DNA from: the human T2T-CHM13v2.0 reference genome, Homo sapiens | Length of the DNA: 64,000 bases | Assembly (NCBI RefSeq): GCF_009914755.1 | Contig: NC_060925.1 | Strand: one strand, 5' to 3' | Shown: one piece after another, positions 12,201-25,800 of the stretch | Layout of the letters: each line of letters starts with the position of its first letter | Numbering within the stretch: position 1 is the stretch's first letter | Position numbers and translations under genes: made by a program | Notes under the pieces: model-generated | Told to the model about the DNA's origin: nothing | Seen by the model: the letters and a program-made list of their open reading frames with translations, nothing else | Databases searched by the model: none

Positions 12201-15200
12201 GATTCCATTCAACTCCATTCGATGATTCCATCTGATTCCATTCAATGAATCCACTCGATTCCATTCTATGATGATTCCATTCATTTCCATCTGATGATGA
12301 TTCCATTCGATTCCATTCAATGATTCCATTCGATTCCATTTGATGATGATTTCAATCAATTTCATTCGATGATTCCATTCGAATCCATTCGATGATGAGT
12401 CCATCCATTTCAATTTCATGATAATTCCATTCGTTTCAATTCGATGGAGTTTCCATTCGATTCCATTCGATGTTGATTCCATTAGTTTCCATTGGATGAT
12501 GATTCCACTCGAGTCCTTTCGATGATGATCACAATGGATTTCATTCCATAATTCTATTCGATTCCATTTGATGATGATTCCATCTGATTCCATTTGATGA
12601 TTCCATTCGTTTCCATCCGATGATGATACCATTCGATTCCATTCAATGATTATTCCATTCGAGTCCATTCAATGATTCCATTCGATTCCATTCGATGATG
12701 ATTGCATTCGAGACCATGGATTCTTCCATTCCATTCCATTAGATGATTCCATTCGAGTCCATTCGATGATTCTCTTCGATTCCATTCGATAATTCCGTTT
12801 GATTCCGTTTGATGTTGATTCCATTCGAGTCCATTCGATTATAATTCCATTCGATTCTATGCGATGATTCCATTCCATTCCATTTGGAGGTGGTTCCATT
12901 CGAGACCATTCGTTGATTGCATTCAATTCATTCGAAGACGATTCCATTCAATTCCCTTCAGTGATTCCATTAGATTCCATTTGATGATGATTCCATTCGA
13001 TTCCATTTGATGATGATTCCATGCGATTCCATTAGATGATGACTCCTTTCATTTCCATTCAATGAGGATTCCATTCGGTTCCATTTGATGATGATTCCTT
13101 TGAATTCCATTTGATGACAATTCCATTCAATACCAATTGATGATGTTTATTTTTGATTCCATTTGATGATGATTACATTCGATTCCATTTGATCATGATT
13201 CCATTCGATTCCACTCGATGATTCCATTCGATTCCATTCAATGATTATTCCATTTGAGTCGATTCGATGACTCCATTCGATTGTATTCGATGGTGATTGA
13301 ATTCGAGTCCATGGATTAATCCATTGCATTCCATTCGATGATTCCATGCGAGTCCATTCGATGATTCTATTCGATTGCATTCGATAATTCCATTCGATTG
13401 CATTCGATAAATCCATTTGATTCCATTTGAGGATAATTCCATTTGAGTCCATTCGATGATTGTTCCATTCGATTCTATTCGGTGATTCCATTCGACTTCA
13501 TTTGATAATGATTCCATTCGAGACCATTCGATGATTCTATTCAATTCCATTCAATAATGATTCCATTCGAGTCCATTCAACGATTCCATTCAAGTCCATT
13601 CGATGATTCCATCTGATTTCACTCAATGAATCCATTCGATTCCATTCTATGATGATTCCATTCATTTCCATCTGATGATTATTCCATTCGATTCCATTCA
13701 ATGATTCCTTTCGATTCCATTTGATGATGATTTCAATCAATTTCATTCGATGATTCCATTCGAATCCATTCGATGATGAGTCCATCCATTTCAATTTCAT
13801 GATAATTCCATTCGTTTCAATTCGATGGTGTTTCCATTCGATTCCATTCGATGTTGATTCCATTAGTTTCCATTGGATGATGATTCCATTCGAGTCCATT
13901 CAATGATGATCACATTGGATTTCATTCCATAATTCTATTCGATTCCATTTGATGATGATTCCATCTGATTCCATTTGATGATCCCATTCGATTCCATTCG
14001 ATGATGATTCCATTCGTTTCCATCTGATGATGATTCCATTCGATTCCGTTCAATGATTATTCCATTCGAGTCCATTCGATGATTCCATTCGATTCCATTC
14101 GATGATGATTGCATTCGAGTCCATGAATTCTTCCATTCCATTCCATTAGATGATTCCATTCGAGTCCGTTCGATGATTCTCTTCGATTCCATTCGATAAT
14201 TCCATTTGATTCCGTTTGATGTTGATTCCATTCGAGTCCATTCGATGATAATTCCACTCGATTCTATGCGATGATTCCATTCCATTTCATTTGGAGACGG
14301 TTCCATTCGAGACCATTCGTTGATTGCATTCAATTCATTCGATGACGATTCCATTCAATTCCATTCAATGATTCCATTAGATTCCATTTGATGATGATTC
14401 CATTCAATTCCATTTGATGATGATTCCATGCGATTCCATTAGATGATGACTCCTTTCATTTCCATTCAATGAGGATTCCATTCGGTTCCATTTGATGATG
14501 ATTCCTTTGAATTCCGTTTGATGACAATTCCATTCAATACCAATTGATGATGGTTATTTTGATTCCATTTGATGATGATTACTTTCGATTCCATTTGATC
14601 ATGATTCCATTCGATTCCACTCGATGATTCCATTCAATGATGATTCCATTCGAGTTCATTGACTATTCCATTCCATTTCAATCGATGATTCCTTTCAAGT
14701 CCATTCGATGATTCTATTCGATTGCATTCGATTATTCCATTTGATTGCATTCGATAATTCCATTCGATTCCATTTGAGGATAATTCCATTTGAGTCCATT
14801 CGATGATTGTTCCATTCGATTCTATTCGGTGATTCCATTCGATTCCATTTGATAATGATTCCATTCGAGACCATTCGATGATTCCATTCAATTCCATTCC
14901 ATAATGATTCCATTCGAGTCCATTCAATGATTCCATTCAAGTCCATTCGATGATTCCATCTGATTCCATTCAATGAATCCATTCGATTCCATTCTATGAT
15001 GATTCCATTCATTTCCATCTGATGATGATTCCATTCGATTCCATTCAATGATTCCATTCGATTCCATTTGATGATGACTTCAATCAATTTCGTTCGATGA
15101 TTCCATTCGAATCCAATCGATGATGAGTCCATCCATTTCAATTTCATGATAATTCCATTCGTTTCAATTCGATGGTGTTTCCATTCGATTCCATTCGATG

Positions 15201-16800
15201 TTGATTCCATTAGTTTCCATTGGATGATGATTCCATTCGAGTCCATTCGATGATGATCACAATGGATTTCATTCCATAATTCTATTCGATTCCATTTGAT
15301 GATGATTCCATCTGATTCCATTTGATGATTCCATTCGTTTCCATCCGATGATGATTCCATTCGATTCCGTTCAATGATTATTCCATTCGAGTCCATTCGA
15401 TGATTCCATTCGATTCCATTCGATGATGATTGCATTCGAGTCCATGGATTCTTCCATTCCATTCCATTAGATGATTCCATTCGATTCCATTCGATGATTC
15501 TCTTCGATTCCATTCGATAATTCGGTTTGATTCCGTTTGATGTTGATTCCATTCGAGTCCATTCGATGATAATTCCATTCGATTCTATGCGATGATTCCA
15601 TTCCATTCCATTTGGAGGTGGTTCCATTCGAGACCATTCGTTGATTGCATTCAATTCATTTGATGACGATTCCATTCAATTCCGTTCAATGATTCCATTA
15701 GATTCCATTTGATGATGATTCCATTCGATTCCATTTGATGATGATTCCATGCGATTCCATTAGAGGATGACTCCTTTCATTTCCATTCAATGAGGATTCC
15801 ATTCGGTTCCATTTGATGATGATTCCTTTCAATTCCGTTTGATGACAATTCCATTCAATACCAATTGATGATGGTTATTTTTATTCCATTTGATGATGAT
15901 TACTTTCGATTCCATTTGATCATGATTCCATTCGATTCCACTCGATGATTCCATTCAATGATGATTCCATTCGAGTTCATTGACTATTCCATTCCATTTC
16001 AATCGATGATTCCTTTCAAGTCCATTCGATGATTCTATTCGATTGCATTCGATTATTCCCTTCGATTGCATTCGATAATTCCATTCGATTCCATTTGAGG
16101 ATAATTCCATTTGAGTCCATTCGATGATTGTTCCATTCTATTCTATTCCGTGATTCCATTCGATTTCATTTGATAATGATTCCATTCGAGACCATTCGAT
16201 GATTCCATTCAATTCCATTCAATAATGATTCCATTCGAGTCCATTCAATGATTCCATTCAACTCCATTCGATGATTCCATCTGATTCCATTCAATGAATC
16301 CACTCGATTCCATTCTATGATGATTCCATTCATTTCCATCTGATGATGATTCCATTCGATTCCATTCAATGATTCCATTCGATTCCATTTGATGATGATT
16401 TCAATCAATTTCATTCGATGATTCCATTCGAATCCATTCGATGATGAGTCCATCCATTTCAATTTCATGATAATTCCATTCGTTTCAATTCGATGGAGTT
16501 TCCATTCGATTCCATTCGATGTTGATTCCATTAGTTTCCATTGGATGATGATTCCATTCGAGTCCATTCGATGATGATCACAATGGATTTCATTCCATAA
16601 TTCTATTCGATTCCATTTGATGATGATTCCATCTGATTCCATTTGATGATTCCATTCGTTTCCATCCGATGATGATTCCATTCGATTCCATTCAATGATT
16701 ATTCCATTCGAGTCCATTCAATGATTCCATTCGATTCCATTCGATGATGATTGCATTCGAGACCATGGATTCTTCCATTCCATTCAATTAGATGATTCCA
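4851..16800 (+). repeat. Local A-B-B trimer higher-order repeat, ~4048-4049 bp, about 3 copies
   Basis: Landmarks 4850, 8899, 12947. Copies 2 and 3 share private variants at a 4049-bp offset, e.g. TTAGAGGATG ~11711/15760, AACTCCATTC ~12211/16260 and CCACTCGATT ~12251/16300. Confidence 0.85.
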
Positions 16801-16819
16801 TTCGAGTCCATTCTATGAT

Positions 16820-19800
16820 GATCACATTGGATTTCATTCCGTAATTCTATTCGATTCCATTTGATGATGATTCCATCTGATTCCATTTGATGATCCCATT
16901 CGATTCCATTCGATGATGATTCCATTCGTTTCCATCCGATGATGATTCATTCGATTCCGTTCAATGATTATTCCATTCGAGTCCATTCGATGATTCCATT
17001 CGATTCCATTCGATGATGATTGCATTCGAGTCCATGGATTCTTCCATTCCATTCCATTAGATGATTCCATTCGAGTCCGTTCGATGATTCTCTTCGATTC
17101 CATTCGATAATTCCGTTTGATTCCGTTTGATGTTGATTCCATTCGAGTCCATTCGATGATAATTCCATTGGATTCTATGCGATGATTCCATTCCATTCCA
17201 TTTGGAGGTGGTTCCATTCGAGACCATTCGTTGATTGCATTGAATTCATTCGATGACGATTCCATTCAATTCCGTTCAATGATTCCATTTGATTCCATTT
17301 GATGATGATTCCATTCAATTCCATTTGATGATGATTCCATGCGATTCCATTAGATGATGACTCCTTTCATTTCCATTCAATGAGGATTCCATTCGGTTCC
17401 ATTTGATGATGATTCCTTTGAATTCCGTTTGATGACAATTCCATTCAATACCTATTGATGATGTTTATTTTTGATTCCATTTGAGGATGATTACATTCGA
17501 TTCCATTTGATCATGATTCCATTCGATTCCACTCGATGATTCCATTCGATTCCATTCAATGATTATTCCATTTGAGTCGATTCGATGACTCCATTCGATT
17601 GTATTCGATGGTGATTGAATTCGAGTCCATGGATTAATCCATTGCATTCCACTCGATGATTCCATTCGAGTCCATTCGATGATTCTATTCGATTGCATTG
17701 GATAATTCCATTCGATTGCATTCGATAAATCCATTTGATTCCATTTGAGGATAATTCCATTTGAGTCCATTCGATGATTGTTCCATTCGATTCTATTCGG
17801 TGATTCCATTCGACTTCATTTGATAATGATTCCATTCGAGACCATTCGATGATTCTATTCAATTCCATTCCATTATGATTCCATTCGAGTCCATTCAACG
17901 ATTCCATTCAAGCCCATTCGATGATTCCATCTGATTCCATTCAATGAATCCATGCGATTCCATTCTATGAAGATTCCATTCATTTCCATCTGATGATGAT
18001 TCCATTCGATTCCATTCAATGATTCCTTTCGATTCCATTTGATGATGATTTCAATCAATTTCATTCGATGATTCCATTCGAATCCATTCGATGATGAGTC
18101 CATCCATTTCAATTTCGTGATAATTCCATTCGTTTCAATTCGATGGTGTTTCAATTCGATTCCATTCGATGTTGATTCCATTAGTTTCCATTGGATGATG
18201 ATTCCATTCGAGTCCATTCAATGATGATCACATTGGATTTCATTCCATAATTCTATTCGATTCCATTTGATGATGATTCCATCTGATTCCATTTGATGAT
18301 CCCATTGGATTCCATTCAATGATGATTCCATTCGTTTCCATCCGATGATGATTCATTCGATTCCGTTCAATGATTATTCCATTCGAGTCCATTCGATGAT
18401 TCCATTCGATTCCATTCGATGATGATTGCATTCGAGTCCATGGATTCTTCCATTCCATTCCATTAGATGATTCCATTCCAGTCCATTCGATGATTCTCTT
18501 CGATTCCATTCGATAATTCCGTTTGATTCCGTTTGATGTTGATTCCATTCGAGTCCATTCGATGATAATTCCATTCGATTCTATGCGATGATTCCATTCC
18601 ATTCCATTTGGAGGTGGTTCCATTCGAGACCATTCGTTGATTGCATTGAATTCATTCGATGACGATTCCATTCAATTCCGTTCAATGATTCCATTAGATT
18701 CCATTTGATGATGATTCCATTCGATTCCATTTGATGATGATTCCATGCGATTCCATTAGATGATGACTCCTTTCATTTCCATTCAATGAGGATTCCATTC
18801 GGTTTCATTTGATGATGATTCCTTTGAATTCCGTTTGATGACAATTCCATTCAATACCTATTGATGATGTTTATTTTTGATTCCATTTGATGATGATTAC
18901 ATTCGATTCCATTTGATCATGATTCCATTCGATTCCACTCGATGATTCCATTCGATTCCATTCAATGATTATTCCATTTGAGTCGATTCGATGACTCCAT
19001 TCGATTGTATTCGATGGTGATTGAATTCGAGTCCATGGATTAATCCATTGCATTCCATTCGATGATTCCATTCGAGTCCATTCGATGATTCTATTCGATT
19101 GCATTCGATAATTCCAATCGATTGTATTCGATAAATCCATTTGATTCCATTTGAGGATAATTTCATTTGAGTCCATTCGATGATTGTTCCATTCGATTCT
19201 ATTCGGTGATTCCATTCGACTTCATTTGATAATGATTCCATTCGAGACCATTCGATGATTCTATTCAATTCCATTCCATAATGATTCCATTCGAGTCCAT
19301 TCAACGATTCCATTCAAGCCCATTCGATGATTCCATCTGATTCCATTCAATGAATCCATGCGATTCCATTCTATGATGATTCCATTCATTTCCATCTGAT
19401 GATGATTCCATTCGATTCCATTCAATGATTCCTTTCGATTCCATTTGATGATGATTTCAATCAATTTCATTCGATGATTCCATTCGAATCCATTCGATGA
19501 TGAGTCCATCCATTTCAATTTCATGATAATTCCATTCGTTTCAATTCGATGGTGTTTCCATTCGATTCCATTCGATGTTGATTCCATTAGTTTCCATTGG
19601 ATGATGATTCCATTCGAGTCCATTCAATGATGATCACATTGGATTTCATTCCATAATTCTATTCGATTCCATTTGATGATGATTCCATCTGATTCCATTT
19701 GATGATCCCATTCGATTCCATTCGATGATGATTCCATTCGTTTCCATCCGATGATGATTCATTCGATTCCGTTCAATGATTATTCCATTCGAGTCCATTC

Positions 19801-22800
19801 GATGATTCCATTCGATTCCATTCGATGATGATTGCATTCGAGTTCATGGATTCTTCCATTCCATTCCATTAGATGATTCCATTCGAGTCCGTTCGATGAT
19901 TCTCTTCGATTCCATTCGATAATTCCGTTTGATTCCGTTTGATGTTGATTCCATTCGAGTCCATTCGATGATAATTCCATTCGATTCTATGCGATGATTC
20001 CATTCCATTCCATTTGGAGGTGGTTCCATTCGAGACCATTCGTTGATTGCATTGAATTCATTCGATGACGATTCCATTCAATTCCGTTCAATGATTCCAT
20101 TAGATTCCATTTGATGATGATTCCATTCGATTCCATTTGATGATGATTCCATGCGATTCCATTAGATGATGACTCCTTTCATTTCCATTCAATGAGGATT
20201 CCATTCGGTTCCATTTGATGATGATTCCTTTGAATTCCGTTTGATGACAATTCCATTCAATACCTATTGATGATGTTTATTTTTGATTCCATTTGATGAT
20301 GATTACATTCGATTCCATTTGATCATGTTTCCATTCGATTCCACTCGATGATTCCATTCGATTCCATTCAATGATTATTCCATTTGAGTCGATTCGATGA
20401 CTCCATTCGATTGTATTCGATGGTGATTGAATTCGAGTCCATGGATTAATCCATTGCATTCCACTCGATGATTCCATTCGAGTCCATTCGATGATTCTAT
20501 TCGATTGCATTCGATAATTCCATTCGATTGCATTCGATAAATCCATTTGATTCCATTTGAGGATAATTCCATTTGAGTCCATTCGATGATTTTTCCATTC
20601 GATTCTATTCGGTGATTCCATTCGACTTCATTTGATAATGATTCCATTCGAGACCATTCGATGATTCTATTCAATTCCATTCCATAATGATTCCATTCGA
20701 GTCCATTCAACGATTCCATTCAAGCCCATTCGATGATTCCATCTGATTCCATTCAATGAATCCATGCGATTCCATTCTATAATGATTCCATTCATTTCCA
20801 TCTGATGATGATTCCATTCGATTCCATTCAATGATTCCTTTCGATTCCATTTGATGATGATTTCAATCAATTTCATTCGATGATTCCATTCGAATCCATT
20901 CGATGATGAGTCCATCCATTTCAATTTCATGATAATTCCATTCGTTTCAATTCGATGGTGTTTCCATTCGATTCCATTCGATGTTGATTCCATTAGTTTC
21001 CATTGGATGATGATTCCATTCGAGTCCATTCAATGATGATCACATTGGATTTCATTCCATAATTCTATTCGATTCCATTTGATGATGATTCCATCTGATT
21101 CCATTTGATGATCCCATTCGATTCCATTCAATGATGATTCCATTCGTTTCCATCCGATGATGATTCATTCGATTCCGTTCAATGATTATTCCATTCGAGT
21201 CCATTCGATGATTCCATTCGATTCCATTCGATGATGATTGCATTCGAGTCCATGGATTCTTCCATTCCATTCCATTAGATGATTCCATTCGAGTCCGTTC
21301 GATGATTCTCTTCGATTCCATTCGATAATTCCGTTTGATTCCGTTTGATGTTGATTACATTCGAGTCCATTCGATGATAATTCCATTCGATTCTATGCGA
21401 TGATTCCATTCCATTCCATTTGGAGGTGGTTCCATTCGAGACCATTCGTTGATTGCATTGAATTCATTCGATGACGATTCCATTCAATTCCGTTCAATGA
21501 TTCCATTAGATTCCATTTGATGATGATTCCATTCGATTCCATTTGATGATGATTCCATGCGATTCCATTAGATGATGACTCCTTTCATTTCCATTCAATG
21601 AGGATTCCATTCGGTTCCATTTGATGATGATTCCTTTGAATTCCGTTTGATGCCAATTCCATTCAATACCTATTGATGATGTTTATTTTTGATTCCATTT
21701 GATGATGATTACATTCGATTCCATTTGATCATGATTCCATTCGATTCCACTCGATCATTCCATTCGATTCCATTCAATGATTATTCCATTTGAGTCGATT
21801 CGATGACTCCATTCGATTGTATTCGATGGTGATTGAATTCGAGTCCATGGATTAATCCATTGCATTCCATTCGATGATTCCATTCGAGTCCATTCGATGA
21901 TTCTATTCGATTGCATTCGATAATTCCAATCGATTGTATTCGATAAATCCATTTGATTCCATTTGAGGATAATTCCATTTGAGTCCATTCGATGATTGTT
22001 CCATTCGATTCTATTCGGTGATTCCATTCGACTTCATTTGATAATGATTCCATTCGAGACCATTCGATGATTCTATTCAATTCCATTCAATAATGATTCC
22101 ATTCGAGTCCATTCAACGATTCCATTCAAGTCCATTCGATGATTCCATCTGATTCTATTCAATGAATCCATGCAATTCCATTCTATGATGATTCCATTCA
22201 TTTCCATCTGATGATGATTCCATTCGATTCCATTCAATGATTCCTTTCGATTCCATTTGATGATGATTTCAATCAATTTCATTCGATGATTCCATTCGAA
22301 TCCATTCGATGATGAGTCCATCCATTTCAATTTCATGATAATTCCATTCGTTTCAATTCGATGGTGTTTCCATTCGATTCCATTCGATGTTGATTCCATT
22401 AGTTTCCATTGGATGATGATTCCATTCGAGTCCGTTCAATGATGATCACTTTGGATTTCATTCCATAATTCTATTCGATTCCATTTGATGATGATTCCAT
22501 CTGATTCCATTTGATGATCCCATTCGATTCCATTCGATGATGATTCCATTCGTTTCCATCCGATGATGATTCCATTCGATTCCGTTCAATGATTATTCCA
22601 TTCGAGTCCATTCGATGATTCCATTCGATTCCATTCGATGATGATTGCATTCGGGTCCATGGATTCTTCCATTCCATTCCATTAGATGAATCCATTCGAG
22701 CCCGTTCGATGATTCTCTTCGATTCCATTCGATAATTCCGTTTGATTCCGTTTGATGTTGATTCCATTCGAGTCCATTCGATGATAATTCCATTCGATTC

Positions 22801-22890
22801 TATGCGATGATTCCATTCCATTCCATTTGGAGATGGCTCCATTCGAGACCATTCGTTGATTGCATTCAATTCATTCGATAACGATTCCAT
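16820..22890 (+). repeat. Homogeneous run of 1406-bp A units with an internal 2812-bp dimer period
   Basis: Landmarks 17265, 18671, 20077, 21483, 22890. Units share AATACCTATTG, CAAGCCC and GCATTGAATTC. Alternate units share ATTCCAATCGATTGTATTCG (19111/21923). Confidence 0.87.
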
Positions 22891-25800
22891 TCAATTCCGT
22901 TCAATGCTTCCGTTATATTCCATTGGCGATGATTCCATTCGATTCCATTTGATGATGATTCCATGCGATTCCATTAGATGATGACTCCTTTCATTTCCAT
23001 TCAATGAGGATTCCATTCGGTTCCATTTGATGATGATTCCTTTGAATTCCATTTGATGACAATTCCATTCAATACCAATTGATGATGGTTATTTTTGATT
23101 GCATTTGATGATGATTACTTTCGATTCCATTTGATCATGATTCCATTCGATTCCACTCGATGATTCCATTCAATGATGATTCCATTCGAGTTCATTGACT
23201 ATTCCATTCCATTTCAACAGATGATTCCTTTGAAGTCCATTCGATGATTCTATTCGATTGTATTCGATTATTCCATTCGATTGCATTCGATAATTCCATT
23301 CGATTCCATTTGAGGATAATTCCATTTGAGTCCATTCGATGATTGTTCCATTCGATTCTATTCGGTGATTCCATTCGATTCCGTTTGATAATGATTCCAT
23401 TCGAGACCATTCGATGATTCCATTCAATTCCATTCAATAATGATTCCATTCGAGTCCATTCAATGATTCCATTCCAGTCCATTCGATGATTCCATCTGAT
23501 TCCATTCAATGAATCTACTCGATTCCATTCTATGATGATTCCATTCATTTCCATCTGATGATGATTCCATTCGATTCCATTCAATGATTCCATTCGATTC
23601 CATTTGATGATGATTTCAATCAATTTCGTTCGATGATTCCATTCGAATCCATTCGATGATGAGTCCATCCATTTCAATTTCATGATAATTCCATTCGTTT
23701 CAATACGGTGGTGTTTCCATTCGACTCCAGTCGATGTTGATTCCATTAGTTTCCATTGGATGATGATTCCATTCGAGTCCATTCGATGATGATCACAATG
23801 GATTTCATTCCATAATTCTATTCGATTCCATTTGATGATGATTCCATCTGATTCCATTTGATGATTCCATTCGTTTCCATCCGATGATGATTCCATTCGA
23901 TTCCGTTCAATGATTATTCCATTCGAGTCCATTCGATGATTCCATTCGATTCCATTCGATGATGATTGCATTCGAGTCCATGGATTCTTCCATTCCATTC
24001 CATTAGATGATTCCATTCGATTCCATTCGATGATTCTCTTCGATTCCATTCGATAATTCCGTTTGATTCCGTTTGATGTTGATTCCATTCGAGTCCATTC
24101 GATGATAATTCCATTCGATTCTATGCGATGATTCCATTCCATTCCATTTGGAGGTGGTTCAATTCGAGACCATTCGTTGATTGCATTCAATTCATTCGAT
24201 GACGATTCCATTCAATTCCGTTCAATGATTCCATTAGATTCCATTTGATGATGATTCCATTCGATTCCATTTGATGATGATTCCATGCGATTCCATTAGA
24301 TGATGATTCCTTTCATTTCCATTTAATGAGGATTCCATTCGGTTCCATTTTATGATGATTCCTTTGAATTCCATTTGAAGACAATTCCATTCAATACCAA
24401 TTGATGATGTTTATTTTTGATTTCATTTGATGATGATTACATTCGATTCCATTTGATCATGATTCCATTCGTTTCCACTCGATGATTCCATTCGATTCCA
24501 TTCAATGATTATTCCATTTGAGTCGATTCGATGACTCCATTCGATTGTATTCGATGGTGATTGAATTCGAGTCCATGGATTAATCCATTGCATTCCACTC
24601 GATGATTCCATTCGAGTCCATTCGATGATTCTATTCGATTACATTCGATAATTCCATTCGATTGCATTCGATAAATCCATTTGATTCCATTTGAGGATAA
24701 TTCCTTTTGAGTCCATTCGATGATTTTTCCATTCGATTCTATTCGGTGATTCCATTCGACTTCATTTGATAATGATTCCATTCGAGACCATTCGATGATT
24801 CTATTCAATTCCATTCAATAATGATTCCATTCGAGTCCATTCAACGATTCCATTCAAGTCCATTCGATGATTCCATCTGATTTCACTCAATGAATCCATT
24901 CGATTCCATTCTATGATGATTCCATTCATTTCCATCTGATGATGATTCCATTCGATTCCATTCAATGATTCCTTTCGATTCCATTTGATGATGATTTCAA
25001 TCAATTTCATTCGATGATTCCATTCGAATCCATTCGATGATGAGTCCATCCATTTCAATTTCATGATAATTCCATTCCTTTCAATTCGATGGTGTTTCCA
25101 TTCGATTCCATTCGATGTTGATTCCATTAGTTTCCATTGGATGATGATTCCATTCGAGTCCATTCAATGATGATCACATTGGATTTCATTCCATAATTCT
25201 ATTCGATTCCATTTGATGATGATTCCATCTGATTCCATTTGATGATCCCATTCGATTCCATTCGATGATGATTCCATTCGTTTCCATCCGATGATGATTC
25301 ATTCGATTCCGTTCAATGATTATTCCATTCGAGTCCATTCGATGATTCCATTCGATTCCATTCGATGATGATTGCATTCGAGTCCATGGATTCTTCCATT
25401 CCATTCCATTAGATGATTCCATTCGAGTCCGTTCGATGATTCTCTTCGATTCCATTCGATAATTCCGTTTGATTCCGTTTGATGTTGATTCCATTCGAGT
25501 CCATTCGATGATAATTCCATTCGATTCTATGCGATGATTCCATTCCATTCCATTTGGAGGTGGTTCCATTCGAGACCATTCGTTGATTGCATTCAATTCA
25601 TTCGATGACGATTCCATTCAATTCCGTTCAATGATTCCATTAGATTCCATTTGATGATGATTCCATTCGATTCCATTTGATGATGATTCCATGCGATTCC
25701 ATTAGATGATGACTCCTTTCATTTCCATTCAATGAGGATTCCATTCGGTTCCATTTGATGATGATTCCTTTGAATTCCGTTTGATGACAATTTCATTCAA

